Positions 40,225 to 49,801 of a DNA stretch of 64,000 bases are shown here, piece by piece. Origin of the DNA: Candidatus Heimdallarchaeota archaeon (GTDB taxonomy: Archaea; Asgardarchaeota; Heimdallarchaeia; Hodarchaeales; Hodarchaeaceae); contig RDOB01000001.1 of NCBI GenBank assembly GCA_011364965.1, positions 96,001 through 160,000 on the forward strand. The letters run 5' to 3'. How positions within the stretch are numbered: position 1 is the first letter of the stretch; each line of letters opens with the position of its first letter. A program made the translations under genes and the position numbers. The notes under the pieces were generated by a model. The model searched no databases and was not told where the DNA came from. It saw only the letters and a program-made list of their open reading frames with translations.

Positions 40225-41136
40225 CTAGAGATAGTTAATTCTTTTTGCTCTAGCAAGATTAATAAATTCTTGAATCTCTGAATATGAACAGTGATCGGAA
40301 TAAGGGAAGAAATGGACGTTAAAAGCTTTTTTACGTAATTTTAAACTCCATCCTGTTGGAGAAATGCGAAGAGCTTCAATTAATTTAATCTTGTTGTCCT
40401 CAGAAATCCCATGTAAATTCTCTACAACTCGTCGGGAATCAACATAAACTCCAGTTCCTCCTTCAGAAGTAAAAATGTCCCACTCCCCTCCAATTTCTTT
40501 ATATATCCTTTCTTTCAATTCCGAGGCAGTAATTTTGACTTTAAGCGCCTGACTCACTGTTCTAAGAAGAAGTTCCTTTCCTATTTGATATGAAGCAATC
40601 CAAATATCTCTTTCAGGAAAATTCCCCGATGATAAAATCAATGTGACTATCTGAGAAATCATTTCTTCTCTAGAAGGAAAATCAAATCTTGAATCAGCTC
40701 CATAGGTATTATCGAGCCAGAGTTGATCAGCTCCTTGCAATAAATCTCTTTCTTTGCGCATAGAATCCCCCATTCGAAAATCACCTGTATAAATTTCCTT
40801 TAATCCAGTTTTTGATTCGATTACATACATCAAACTACCAACACAATGATTTGCATCAATTGCATGTACTATGAAGTCATCGAAATCCAAAGACTGATTA
40901 GGATTTACTATCAAGCACTTTTCTTTGGGAATATTGCATAGAAAACGGATTACTGATGATGTCTCATCAGAACATACAATTATTACATCAGGATCTGAAA
41001 GACTATATTTGATACCAGAAAGATGATCCGAATGAGCATGAGATAGAAAAAAGTATTGAGAAGATTTTCTACGACTATCTTTTCGTCGAAAGGGAAATTC
41101 ATCAAAATAGCTCTCTGCAATATGTGAAAAAACCAT
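40225..41136 (-). CDS. SNM1/Apollo/Artemis-type beta-CASP DNA nuclease
   Basis: FLSHAHSDH, DANHCVGS, YTGDFR, LDNTY, FPSRE, YQIGKE, PTGWS, PYSDHCSYSE motifs. Confidence 0.85.
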   Translation of the reverse strand: MVFSHIAESYFDEFPFRRKDSRRKSSQYFFLSHAHSDHLSGIKYSLSDPDVIIVCSDETSSVIRFLCNIPKEKCLIVNPNQSLDFDDFIVHAIDANHCVGSLMYVIESKTGLKEIYTGDFRMGDSMRKERDLLQGADQLWLDNTYGADSRFDFPSREEMISQIVTLILSSGNFPERDIWIASYQIGKELLLRTVSQALKVKITASELKERIYKEIGGEWDIFTSEGGTGVYVDSRRVVENLHGISEDNKIKLIEALRISPTGWSLKLRKKAFNVHFFPYSDHCSYSEIQEFINLARAKRINYL

Positions 41137-41341
41137 TCTTTCAAACCCTTGTAATCAAATTACCCAATAGCAAAGGAGACTTCTTAATATCTACAAAATG
41201 CAAAGCATATATTTTTTTGTTGGTATTATAAACAATTCTATTATTTTATTATTTCTATACCCGTAAATTCATTTTCTAGACATATAAGCTTACCAATAGA
41301 GGATAAGAGCGAAATAATTTCAAAGGATGTGAAAAAGAAGG

Positions 41342-41350
41342 AAAAAAAAA
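41342..41350 (-). terminator. Oligo-T terminator downstream of the 5S precursor
   Basis: A9 on + strand (U9 in transcript) just after the trailer stem. Confidence 0.55.
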
Positions 41351-41385
41351 TAATAATGTTACGCTTATGCCAAGGAGAGTTCTGT

Positions 41386-41506
41386 TTCCGGGTTCGGAAC
41401 GAGACCGGGTGTTCCTCAGGCCCTTTGGCCGGGCAAGTACCCAGCTTTCCGATGTTCCCGTAGGCGCTAGCACAACAGTACAGATCGGAACGGAGCCTAA
41501 CTTAAC
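41386..41506 (-). rRNA. rrf: 5S rRNA, circularly permuted (canonical 3' half 41506-41439, ACUU linker 41438-41435, canonical 5' half 41434-41386)
   Basis: Transcript reads GUUAAGUUAGGCUCCGUUCCGAUCUGUACUG...GGGAACAUCGGAAAGCUGGGU-ACUU-GCCCGGCCAAAGGGCCUGAGGAACACCCGGUCUCGUUCCGAACCCGGAA; 5S helices can be formed by hand. Confidence 0.92.
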
Positions 41507-41585
41507 TTTCGGCAGAATCTCGCAAAACTCGGCGTAACGCGTTGATTGGTGAGATTACACACCAATACGGGCACAATCAAGAATC

Positions 41586-41593
41586 TTTATAAA
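41586..41593 (-). promoter_or_regulatory. TATA box candidate for the 5S precursor
   Basis: TTTATAAA about 48 nt upstream of the leader stem; palindromic, so it could also serve mptE. Confidence 0.5.
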
Positions 41594-41658
41594 TTTACTT
41601 GTCTCTAGTTTATTTACATTAATTTGCTTTAGATATAATATTTCAAGAGATCACCCCA

Positions 41659-42486
41659 ATGGAATGGAGCGACTGGAAAAATAGATATTTGGATATACTT
41701 GAACGCTTAAAAATTAAACAAAAAGATGATGAAGCATCTGCAAAGTTATTAGAACAGCATTTGGAAAGTTTTATGATAATTTCGAGGAGTAGAATTCACC
41801 AAGAACTAGTAAAAATATTTAAAAGGCCAATAATCGTTGCAGGAGCTGGCCCATCTTTAGAATCTGATTTAATTCAAATTAAAAAGCTGGAAATGCAAAA
41901 ATTCGCTCATATAATAACAGCTGATGGTGCTACAACTGCTTTTCGACTAAATAACATTATACCGAAAGTAGTTGTTACAGATCTCGATGGAGAATTAAAA
42001 TCAATTTTTTGGGCTTTAAGAAAAAGAGCTCTTATTCTCATACACGCTCACGGAGATAACCCCCATCTGATTTCGATGTTTTTTAGAAAGTATGGCTCAA
42101 AGTTATATAACGCAATGCTCTGGGGAACCAGTCAAAGTGATCCTGGAAAAACACTTTTTAATTTTGGGGGATTTACTGACGGAGATCGTGCTATATTCCT
42201 TGGATTCCATTTTCAAGCACCTCTAATAGGTCTTATTGGCTTTGATTTTGGAACAAAGATTGGAAAATTTAGTACCTATAAAACTGAATTATTAAATAAA
42301 GATTTGAATCAAAAAATTACGAAACTGAATATTGCAATAGACCTCCTGACGGAATTTTATCCAAAACATAATGGTTTGCGATATAATTTAACTTCATCAG
42401 GTTTCTCAGTTCCAGGATTCCCAAATATCAGTTTTAAAGACTTTCATCAAAAGGTTTTTGAATACAAAATGTCACATGATATATAG
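41659..42486 (+). CDS. mptE: 6-hydroxymethyl-7,8-dihydropterin pyrophosphokinase (MptE-like)
   Basis: GAGPSL, ADGAT, VTDLDG, HAHGDN, FGGFTDGDRA motifs. Confidence 0.92.
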   Translation: MEWSDWKNRYLDILERLKIKQKDDEASAKLLEQHLESFMIISRSRIHQELVKIFKRPIIVAGAGPSLESDLIQIKKLEMQKFAHIITADGATTAFRLNNIIPKVVVTDLDGELKSIFWALRKRALILIHAHGDNPHLISMFFRKYGSKLYNAMLWGTSQSDPGKTLFNFGGFTDGDRAIFLGFHFQAPLIGLIGFDFGTKIGKFSTYKTELLNKDLNQKITKLNIAIDLLTEFYPKHNGLRYNLTSSGFSVPGFPNISFKDFHQKVFEYKMSHDI

Positions 42487-42952
42487 CAGTCTCCCAGAGG
42501 ATAATTTTAATCTTTTCAATATATTTAGCAAATTTTTTCTTTTTGATGGCTTTCACTAGATCCAAAGCGATGGTTTTTGCGAGGATTTCAGCGGTAATGT
42601 TTTTGCACTTCATAAACCTAATATCACTTTTTGGGAAGGAATAGTACCGCTCGCCATATAATACCCCAATATTCGTTTCAGATTCCTTGAATTCTAATTT
42701 TGAATTATTAAGGGGAATTAATGTGTAATGATCCCATTCTAAGACTATTTTTTCTAATAAATCCTCAAGAGAGAGAAAATCAACTATCATATCTTCATTA
42801 TCGATCAGACCGAATATCTCCACTCCGATCCTGTAATTGTGACCATGAAATCCTTCTTCAAATGCCTCACTAACAATTGCATGAGAAGCACTAAAACTAG
42901 AACAAGCGCTATCTAGTATAATTGAGCTTTCGATATTCAATCTTTCTCTCAA
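42434..42952 (-). CDS. 6-pyruvoyl/6-carboxy-tetrahydropterin synthase (QueD/PTPS family)
   Basis: FSASH, HGHNY, DH, TAEILA, WET motifs. Confidence 0.88.
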   Translation of the reverse strand: MRERLNIESSIILDSACSSFSASHAIVSEAFEEGFHGHNYRIGVEIFGLIDNEDMIVDFLSLEDLLEKIVLEWDHYTLIPLNNSKLEFKESETNIGVLYGERYYSFPKSDIRFMKCKNITAEILAKTIALDLVKAIKKKKFAKYIEKIKIILWETAIYHVTFCIQKPFDESL

Positions 42953-43909
42953 CTACTGGTAAGACAAACCATACCAATCTCCACCTTTCATATCAAGAAA
43001 AGCAGAGATTGCTGCTGTTGTTCCTTCTCCAACTGCAACAGATATTTGTCCCTGACCTGGTGTTATATCCCCACATGCATATACCCTTTGCACATTTGTA
43101 CGCTGCTTATTATCCACTTTAATTAACCCCTCGGGGGTTAATTCGACACCAATTTTCTTAGCCAGTTCATTATTTGGAAGAATACCAATTGCAATGAAAA
43201 TTGCTTTGACTCTAAGAGTTTCTTCTGCACCAGTTTTAACGTTTTGGACTAGTATTTTTTTAATCCCAGTATCTTCAGAGCCCTGTATCTCTTTTACAAT
43301 CGAATCCCAAATCATATCTACTGCTGAATTTTCAAGAATTTGTTTTTGTAGGGATTCTTCTGCACGAAGACGATCACGACGATGTATCAAATAAGTTTTA
43401 AGAACAACATTGTCTAAATATAATGCTTCAGTTACTGCAGAATTTCCTCCTCCAACCACAGCTACTTTTTTACCTCTATAAAGCGGGCCATCGCATGTTG
43501 CACAGTATGATACTCCCTTGCCTTCAAATTCAGTCTCACCAGGGATATCAAGATGTCGATGATTAGTTCCTGTTGCTAAAATCACCACTTTAGTCTGAAA
43601 AATCCCTGTTGAAGAGACCACTTCCATTGGAACTTTATCTGTTTTTATATCTACTACTTCAACAAGCTCTCTAATCTCTGCTCCAAATTTCTCAGCTTGT
43701 GCCTTTAAACGTTGAGCAAACTCCATTCCAGAGATTTCAGAAAATCCGGGATAGTTTTCGATAATAGGAGTGGTCGCTGCTAATCCTCCTACCGCCTCTT
43801 TGTCTAGTACTAATACTTTCCAGCCCATTCTTGATCCATATATGGCTGCAGCCATACCTGCGGGTCCAGCTCCAACCACAATCATGTCATATTTGGATTC
43901 TGTGCTCAT
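42953..43909 (-). CDS. trxB: Thioredoxin reductase
   Basis: GAGPAG; GVSYCATCDG; GGGNSA; HRRD; ACGD. Confidence 0.96.
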   Translation of the reverse strand: MSTESKYDMIVVGAGPAGMAAAIYGSRMGWKVLVLDKEAVGGLAATTPIIENYPGFSEISGMEFAQRLKAQAEKFGAEIRELVEVVDIKTDKVPMEVVSSTGIFQTKVVILATGTNHRHLDIPGETEFEGKGVSYCATCDGPLYRGKKVAVVGGGNSAVTEALYLDNVVLKTYLIHRRDRLRAEESLQKQILENSAVDMIWDSIVKEIQGSEDTGIKKILVQNVKTGAEETLRVKAIFIAIGILPNNELAKKIGVELTPEGLIKVDNKQRTNVQRVYACGDITPGQGQISVAVGEGTTAAISAFLDMKGGDWYGLSYQ

Positions 43910-44374
43910 CCAATTTCATCTCGGGAAGGGTGACTTAAAGGTGACCTTTAAGATATGTTGCATTTTGCTAAATATTAACCTTTTGTGAAGCAAAAATAAA
44001 GAGAGATTATACTTGAATAATCGATTGCAATGAATTATAGTACATCTAAGAAAACAGGAGTGCTACTAAGACAAGCTGGAGGATTCTTTGGTTCATTTGA
44101 TCCATTTATTCAGCAATCTGATAATTTAATAATATTAACATATTAGATATTTATATTCTATTCTGAAATACACTTCATTCCATTTTTTTTGCTTATAGTA
44201 ATCTTTATTTCATTAAAGAAAGGATTATTTAGTTATACCATTTGAATATATATTTAATATAAATTACACCAAATGCAAGCGTCATTCAGCTAGCTATGAA
44301 CTCTTATATATTCCTTAATAAATAGTTCAATTAAATTAGTGCACTTTTCTTAGTTAAAATGGTCGTTTCTACAA

Positions 44375-46993
44375 ATGGAAATACTTGAAGCTTCCACTTC
44401 TGAAATATCTTTTCAAATACAGAGAGGAGACGCAATTTTTCATGAACAGGATTTCATTTTGGTGACAGAAGGAGAAACAGATAAAGAGAAGCAATTTATA
44501 GCTCAAATTTCAAAATTAGTGCAGACAGAACCAGACAAAATACGTGGAAACGCAATAATACTTGGTGAAATAGATTTCAATAGCTATAATCTACAAGCTT
44601 GTCGATTTCCGATCTCCATTCATGCAAAACTCACTCATCCGCCTCCGGGACTGATTTCAAAGGTGTTATCATACCGTGGGGAGGATGGAATCTATTTAGG
44701 GGATGTTGTTACTTATGAAAATAAATCTGATTCATTTTTAATATCACCAGAATTCATGGAACGGCATGTCCTTTGCGTTGCAAGTACAGGTGCAGGAAAA
44801 TCCTACACTATAGGAGTAATTTTAGAAGAACTCTTGCTTAAAACTCAAGGAGTAGCGATAGTCCTTTTCGATATCCATAATGAGTATTGGGGATTAATCG
44901 AGCCTAATGAAGGGCCAGAGACAAAAAACCTCACCTTTGATTCATATAAACCTAGAGGATTTCCCGAAAATATTATGATTTTTGATAAAGAAGTTCTTTC
45001 GCTAGGTAAACTTGTTGATTTACCAAGATTACGTAGAATTCTTGATCTGACTCCTGCACAGGAAAACTCCCTGGTCAATATTATTAAAAATCCAATCCCA
45101 TTAGAAGACTTGATATCACTTATTGAATCGTCCAATATTCATTCTTCCACACGAGAGAATTTAATTTTAAAAATAAATTCGCTAATCGCACTTAATCTTT
45201 TCCAAAATGGATTGGATATTAAATCTTTGGGAAAAGCAGGACAAATATCAATTATTCGTCTTGATGAGTTTATAGATGAACGAAAGCGGGATTTAGTTGT
45301 CAATGAAATATTGAATCACATATTTGAGAAGAAAATTCATGGGGATTTACCTAGAGAAAGTGATATCGTTATTGTTGTAGAAGAGGCTCATCGTTATGCT
45401 AAATCAAGCGAAATTCTTGCCAGAATAGCCCGCGAGGGACGCAAATTCGGTATTTATGAAATATTGATTTCTCAAAGACCAGGTGATCTCCCTGATAATA
45501 TTATTGCCAATATGAATACCCTTATCGCCCTAAGAATTCGATCTGATAAAGATATCAGCAAAATTAGAATGATGGAAGGAATCAGCTCTGATACTGTATC
45601 TATCCTTCCACATTTAGATAAAGGAGAAGCCCTTTTAGTGGGTCATCACGGTGCTACAAGTCGTCCATTGAAAATAAATATTCGTCCACGATTAACAAAG
45701 CATGTGGACCCCCAAAAGGACATTATGCCGTTCTATACTCCGTTTTTTAAGAATAAAGGCAAATCTGACGAATTTAGTGTTGATGAAATCCCATTACAAC
45801 CTACAGAAGTTGAAGACCTAATTATAAATGACGATGAGTTATTTTCGTCAAAATTAGAGGCATTTACTTACATGGATCTAACAAACCTGTTATCTTGTCA
45901 ACACATTTTAATTCAACATAAAAATACTGGAATTTGTCTCTTTGATTTAGGAACTACAATGTTAAAAATTGATGCTCAGTTAGTATCGGGTTTCTTGAGT
46001 GCTATATCTGGATTATTTAGTGAATTGAAGAATAAGACACCAGTTAAAGATCGGACAATTGTTCGTATGTTCACTGAAGAGATTGGAGACAGAGCATTTG
46101 AAATATTAACTGTAGAAGGTTCATATTCGATTTTAGCTATTATCTTGAATCGTAAACCAAAATATTTGGGTCATTTCAAACGAAAAGTAAGAAATTTTAT
46201 TTATGCGTTTGAAAAAAGATACAAAACCACACTCAAAGACTTTGTTGGTGTTCTTGATGATTTTCAGAGTACTTATGAATTGCTTGATCAGTTTCTGGGT
46301 TTATCCCTCCAAACACCCTTAGTTTTGAACTCAGAATTCAAGGATGTTCAATCTTATCCTATAGTATTGAATATTATTACGAATTTAAGCGAACAGCTAG
46401 CTCAATCAGAAGGGATTTTTCTTGAAGAAATAGTCAATCAATGCCTTCTAGATTCAGAATATAATTATCGTGAGATAGCGGAAATACTAATCTCTTTACT
46501 TGAAGAGAAAGCTCTTATACTTGCTGATAGTTCTCGGAAGGTTCCTCCTGTCAGTACTAGAGAAGATTTAATGTTTATAGGTACATCCGAAACGGAAGAA
46601 ATAAAAGTAGAGCTCAATAATGATGTGGTAGATGCTCAAAACCTAGATGAAATTGATACTCATGAACAAGAACTACGGATTAAGGATATATTTTCCGAGT
46701 GTCAGGTTCATTCATTATCTGCTGGACTGAAACGAGATATTTTAACCCGTGATTTTATTTTTGAATCAAAAGTTCAAGTTAAAACTGAAACTACAAAAAC
46801 TGAAGTCCTTAGTAAAACAGATTTGTTAAAATGGATTAAAAAAATACTAGAAAAAGGTTTTGTACTTCATGAAGTCTTGGAAAACCCTTTGAAAGGAAAA
46901 AAACTCCTTTTTCGATCAGAATATGGAGCGGCAGCTCTTTCCATCGCATTAATCTCAGATGATGAGTTTATAATTATATTCGGTGAGTTTTAG
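44375..46993 (+). CDS. HerA/FtsK-like ATPase fused to a longin-like domain and a further C-terminal region
   Basis: ASTGAGKS, FDIHNEY, VEEAHRY, REGRKFG, SQRP motifs; then TGICLF..DAQLVSGFLSAISGLFSE. Confidence 0.85.
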   Translation: MEILEASTSEISFQIQRGDAIFHEQDFILVTEGETDKEKQFIAQISKLVQTEPDKIRGNAIILGEIDFNSYNLQACRFPISIHAKLTHPPPGLISKVLSYRGEDGIYLGDVVTYENKSDSFLISPEFMERHVLCVASTGAGKSYTIGVILEELLLKTQGVAIVLFDIHNEYWGLIEPNEGPETKNLTFDSYKPRGFPENIMIFDKEVLSLGKLVDLPRLRRILDLTPAQENSLVNIIKNPIPLEDLISLIESSNIHSSTRENLILKINSLIALNLFQNGLDIKSLGKAGQISIIRLDEFIDERKRDLVVNEILNHIFEKKIHGDLPRESDIVIVVEEAHRYAKSSEILARIAREGRKFGIYEILISQRPGDLPDNIIANMNTLIALRIRSDKDISKIRMMEGISSDTVSILPHLDKGEALLVGHHGATSRPLKINIRPRLTKHVDPQKDIMPFYTPFFKNKGKSDEFSVDEIPLQPTEVEDLIINDDELFSSKLEAFTYMDLTNLLSCQHILIQHKNTGICLFDLGTTMLKIDAQLVSGFLSAISGLFSELKNKTPVKDRTIVRMFTEEIGDRAFEILTVEGSYSILAIILNRKPKYLGHFKRKVRNFIYAFEKRYKTTLKDFVGVLDDFQSTYELLDQFLGLSLQTPLVLNSEFKDVQSYPIVLNIITNLSEQLAQSEGIFLEEIVNQCLLDSEYNYREIAEILISLLEEKALILADSSRKVPPVSTREDLMFIGTSETEEIKVELNNDVVDAQNLDEIDTHEQELRIKDIFSECQVHSLSAGLKRDILTRDFIFESKVQVKTETTKTEVLSKTDLLKWIKKILEKGFVLHEVLENPLKGKKLLFRSEYGAAALSIALISDDEFIIIFGEF

Positions 46994-46999
46994 AGAAAT

Positions 47000-49561
47000 T
47001 TATGCTCCACTAGAAAACATCTCATCAATTACTTCTGTTTCAGGTTTGAAAACATCTAGGTCTCCAAGCCAAACTGGTAGTACTTTAAGGTACTTAAGTT
47101 CGAATTGTTTTAAATAATCACTTAGCTTTCTACGGAGCTCTGTGGATGTACTATCTGCAAATATTGCAGCAAAAACCCATTTTGCATACTCAATCGTAAG
47201 TACGACATCTCCATGATCGATTGTTTTTAATAATTGCTCGCTTCTTACAGCTTCCTTAGCAAAAGATGTTATTGCAGAGAAAAGTCCAGCCACCAAAGCA
47301 GGTTCTACTTGAGATTCTGCTGCAAAATTATGTGCCAAAACTGCTCGTCCATCTAACATCATAATATGTAGTGAATCGATAGTTACTTCCTCATAACAAT
47401 ATGAAAATTCACGATGTTTCAAGGTGACTAAGTATTTTATTGGGATATTCAAATCAAATGTCAAATGATCCAAAATTTGGTGGATTTTCCTTAAGTCGAA
47501 TCCTGTTGTCTTTGATAAGTCATAAAAAGTCATTAAACCATCTTTAAGTGCTTCTTTTATCTGAGGTGCGTTTTCAACTTTTAACCACGCATTTTCTACT
47601 GCATTTAAAATATCAGGATTATTTAGAGAACTCAAACTAATGAGAATTATATCAGATTTTTTCTTAAGTTCATTTAAGCTTGGGAGTCGCGAAATATCAC
47701 AGAATATCGATTTGTAAAACAATTTTTCCTCCCCTTCTTCAAAACCTTTTTGCGTACTAACGGTGAATTTTCGTTTAAATAGGAAAATCAAGGATCCATA
47801 AGTCATAATGATTGCAAAAGGATGAAAGAGATTGTAAGGAATTGAAAGGATACCTAGAAATGCACCTCCAGTTCCTCTCCAAACCACTGGAATCTGATAT
47901 AGTTCTGGAACTATAAACGCTATACCTTCATAATAGCCAATTTTCCACACGGAGGTTAGCCACTTCAAATTAACTGCGGTAACTGTAATGAAAGGAGATA
48001 TTAACGGAGTTCCCCCATAATTTGGAAACACCGAGTTAGCAGGGAAACCTAAAAGCTGATATAATTGTAATCCATACCATTCATTAATTAATAGGCTAAC
48101 TGAGAAGATAGAAAGGTAAGTTAAAACTGCAGTTCCAATAATACTCCAATTCCACCTCCTTATGAATAAAATTAACATAGCACTGATTAAAAAGGTAGCA
48201 TAATTTTGAGTAAACCAGAAAAATGTATCATATTGAACAGTGTTAATATTTATAAAAATTCCAGAAATAAAAACTCTATAAGTAAGAAATCCAATAGCAA
48301 GAAAGAAGCCTACCACAACACCTGTTCCAAAGGACTTCAGAGTGTTGGCTAAACTTATTCTTCGAAGAGTTTTTCTAAATTGTTTAAAGGATTCAATTAA
48401 TTTTATCAAAAGATAGATAGAAAAGGGTTCAAAAATATCAAGGAAGAGTACGAAGAAAATTGATACCATAATAAAATATACTACAAAAAATGAAATAACA
48501 AAAATCTGATTTATATATTGCACTAGAAATAAAATCACTGCTAATCCAGACATAAATGCTCCAACGGTTGAAAGACTTTGCACCATCGTTACATATAACT
48601 GATTACCAAGAAATTTCCCCTTTCTTGAAAGATGACTTGCTTTAATTAAATAAACACTAAATACAAGGGTAGCAATGTATGCAAAGTAAATCTCAAGAAA
48701 CCAACCCATGGAAGTTCCTTGAAGCAAGCTAGGATTTTCATATTCGCCCAATAATTGTAAGATTGTCATCAATAGAAACAAAGTTATAGGTAATATTGCG
48801 ATTAGAACTTTTAATAATTCCCTTTCATTACTCCAATCCTTCTGTTTTACTCTTTTCGTGATTTCTTGGAATGGGGAAGTTTCCATTTCGAATTGCACTT
48901 CTTGAAGTCGCTGGACAACATTGCGAATTTGGGAGAGCTGCCCATTTAACTCTGTATTTTCTTTTATTAATTCATTTATCTGGTATTCAATATTTTGTTG
49001 ATCATTACTTGTTTTCAGCTGTTTTTGAAGTTCTTTTATCTGTTCAGCATTTTCTTTTATCAGCCTTTTAATAGGCTTTCTTTCAGCTCTCTGTTCGCCC
49101 CAAGTTTGATATAAAATGATAAAGAGTGAAAAAATTGGTGATATTCCAAACACAAAAGCTAAAATCACAATTGGATATGTTAAATATATCACAATCGAGT
49201 TGAGAAAGTGTTGAAACAAATATTTTATTAATAGTGGAACAGGGATATAAATAGTACCGAATCGTACAATTGCAGCTGAATCCCAAATAGTACTATAGCT
49301 ATTAGTACCTGGAACTGGATAAAATTCTTGATCTAAATATCCTGTGGGATTGGGTACAAATGAGTTAAGTATGCTAGGGAAAATAAAGTAACAGATATAA
49401 AATACGATGAATCCTAAATATGCACGATTGAAAATAGTTGCAGCTAAGTTCTCATCCTTCCGACGGGTAAAGAGATATGGAAAGAAGGGGATAATTATTG
49501 GTGTTAAAGTTAATACGATTGAAGCAACTAAATTTAATGAATCTGCTTGAACTACTGACAT
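47000..49561 (-). CDS. Multi-pass membrane protein with coiled-coil loop and C-terminal longin-like domain
   Basis: More than 10 TM segments; DGRAVLAHNF..EPALVAGLFSAITSFAKE..IDHGD..W.GDLDVF. Confidence 0.78.
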   Translation of the reverse strand: MSVVQADSLNLVASIVLTLTPIIIPFFPYLFTRRKDENLAATIFNRAYLGFIVFYICYFIFPSILNSFVPNPTGYLDQEFYPVPGTNSYSTIWDSAAIVRFGTIYIPVPLLIKYLFQHFLNSIVIYLTYPIVILAFVFGISPIFSLFIILYQTWGEQRAERKPIKRLIKENAEQIKELQKQLKTSNDQQNIEYQINELIKENTELNGQLSQIRNVVQRLQEVQFEMETSPFQEITKRVKQKDWSNERELLKVLIAILPITLFLLMTILQLLGEYENPSLLQGTSMGWFLEIYFAYIATLVFSVYLIKASHLSRKGKFLGNQLYVTMVQSLSTVGAFMSGLAVILFLVQYINQIFVISFFVVYFIMVSIFFVLFLDIFEPFSIYLLIKLIESFKQFRKTLRRISLANTLKSFGTGVVVGFFLAIGFLTYRVFISGIFININTVQYDTFFWFTQNYATFLISAMLILFIRRWNWSIIGTAVLTYLSIFSVSLLINEWYGLQLYQLLGFPANSVFPNYGGTPLISPFITVTAVNLKWLTSVWKIGYYEGIAFIVPELYQIPVVWRGTGGAFLGILSIPYNLFHPFAIIMTYGSLIFLFKRKFTVSTQKGFEEGEEKLFYKSIFCDISRLPSLNELKKKSDIILISLSSLNNPDILNAVENAWLKVENAPQIKEALKDGLMTFYDLSKTTGFDLRKIHQILDHLTFDLNIPIKYLVTLKHREFSYCYEEVTIDSLHIMMLDGRAVLAHNFAAESQVEPALVAGLFSAITSFAKEAVRSEQLLKTIDHGDVVLTIEYAKWVFAAIFADSTSTELRRKLSDYLKQFELKYLKVLPVWLGDLDVFKPETEVIDEMFSSGA

Positions 49562-49801
49562 CTTAAAACCAATCCTTGGATAAAAATGTACTCAAGTTTA
49601 ATGTGTACCTCTTCGTCATTTATACCATTAATAAGCCTTCTTTTTCTCAGTGTCAATCGTTGGCTGATACCAATCTTAGGATTTACAAGTAGGAATTATT
49701 AGCTTAAAATTGACCAAATCTGATTATAAAACTATTTTTAAAAGAATTAGCAGAAAAAAAGAAATTATATAGAAAAGAAAAAAAAAGGGGAGAGAAGAAG
49801 C

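Noticed and set aside
41276-41473. 65-aa minus-strand ORF
   Set aside because: Overlaps the 5S rRNA sequence; chance ORF in GC-rich RNA
41358-41538. Alternative reading as two truncated tandem 5S copies or an assembly artefact
   Set aside because: The halves are non-redundant and add up to one 5S. The flanks are not 5S-like but pair with each other and place a BHB at the break. Read mapping is still needed to exclude an artefact fully.
43910-44374. AT-rich intergenic region as replication origin
   Set aside because: No ORB-like repeats or cdc6/orc1 gene; consistent with divergent promoters
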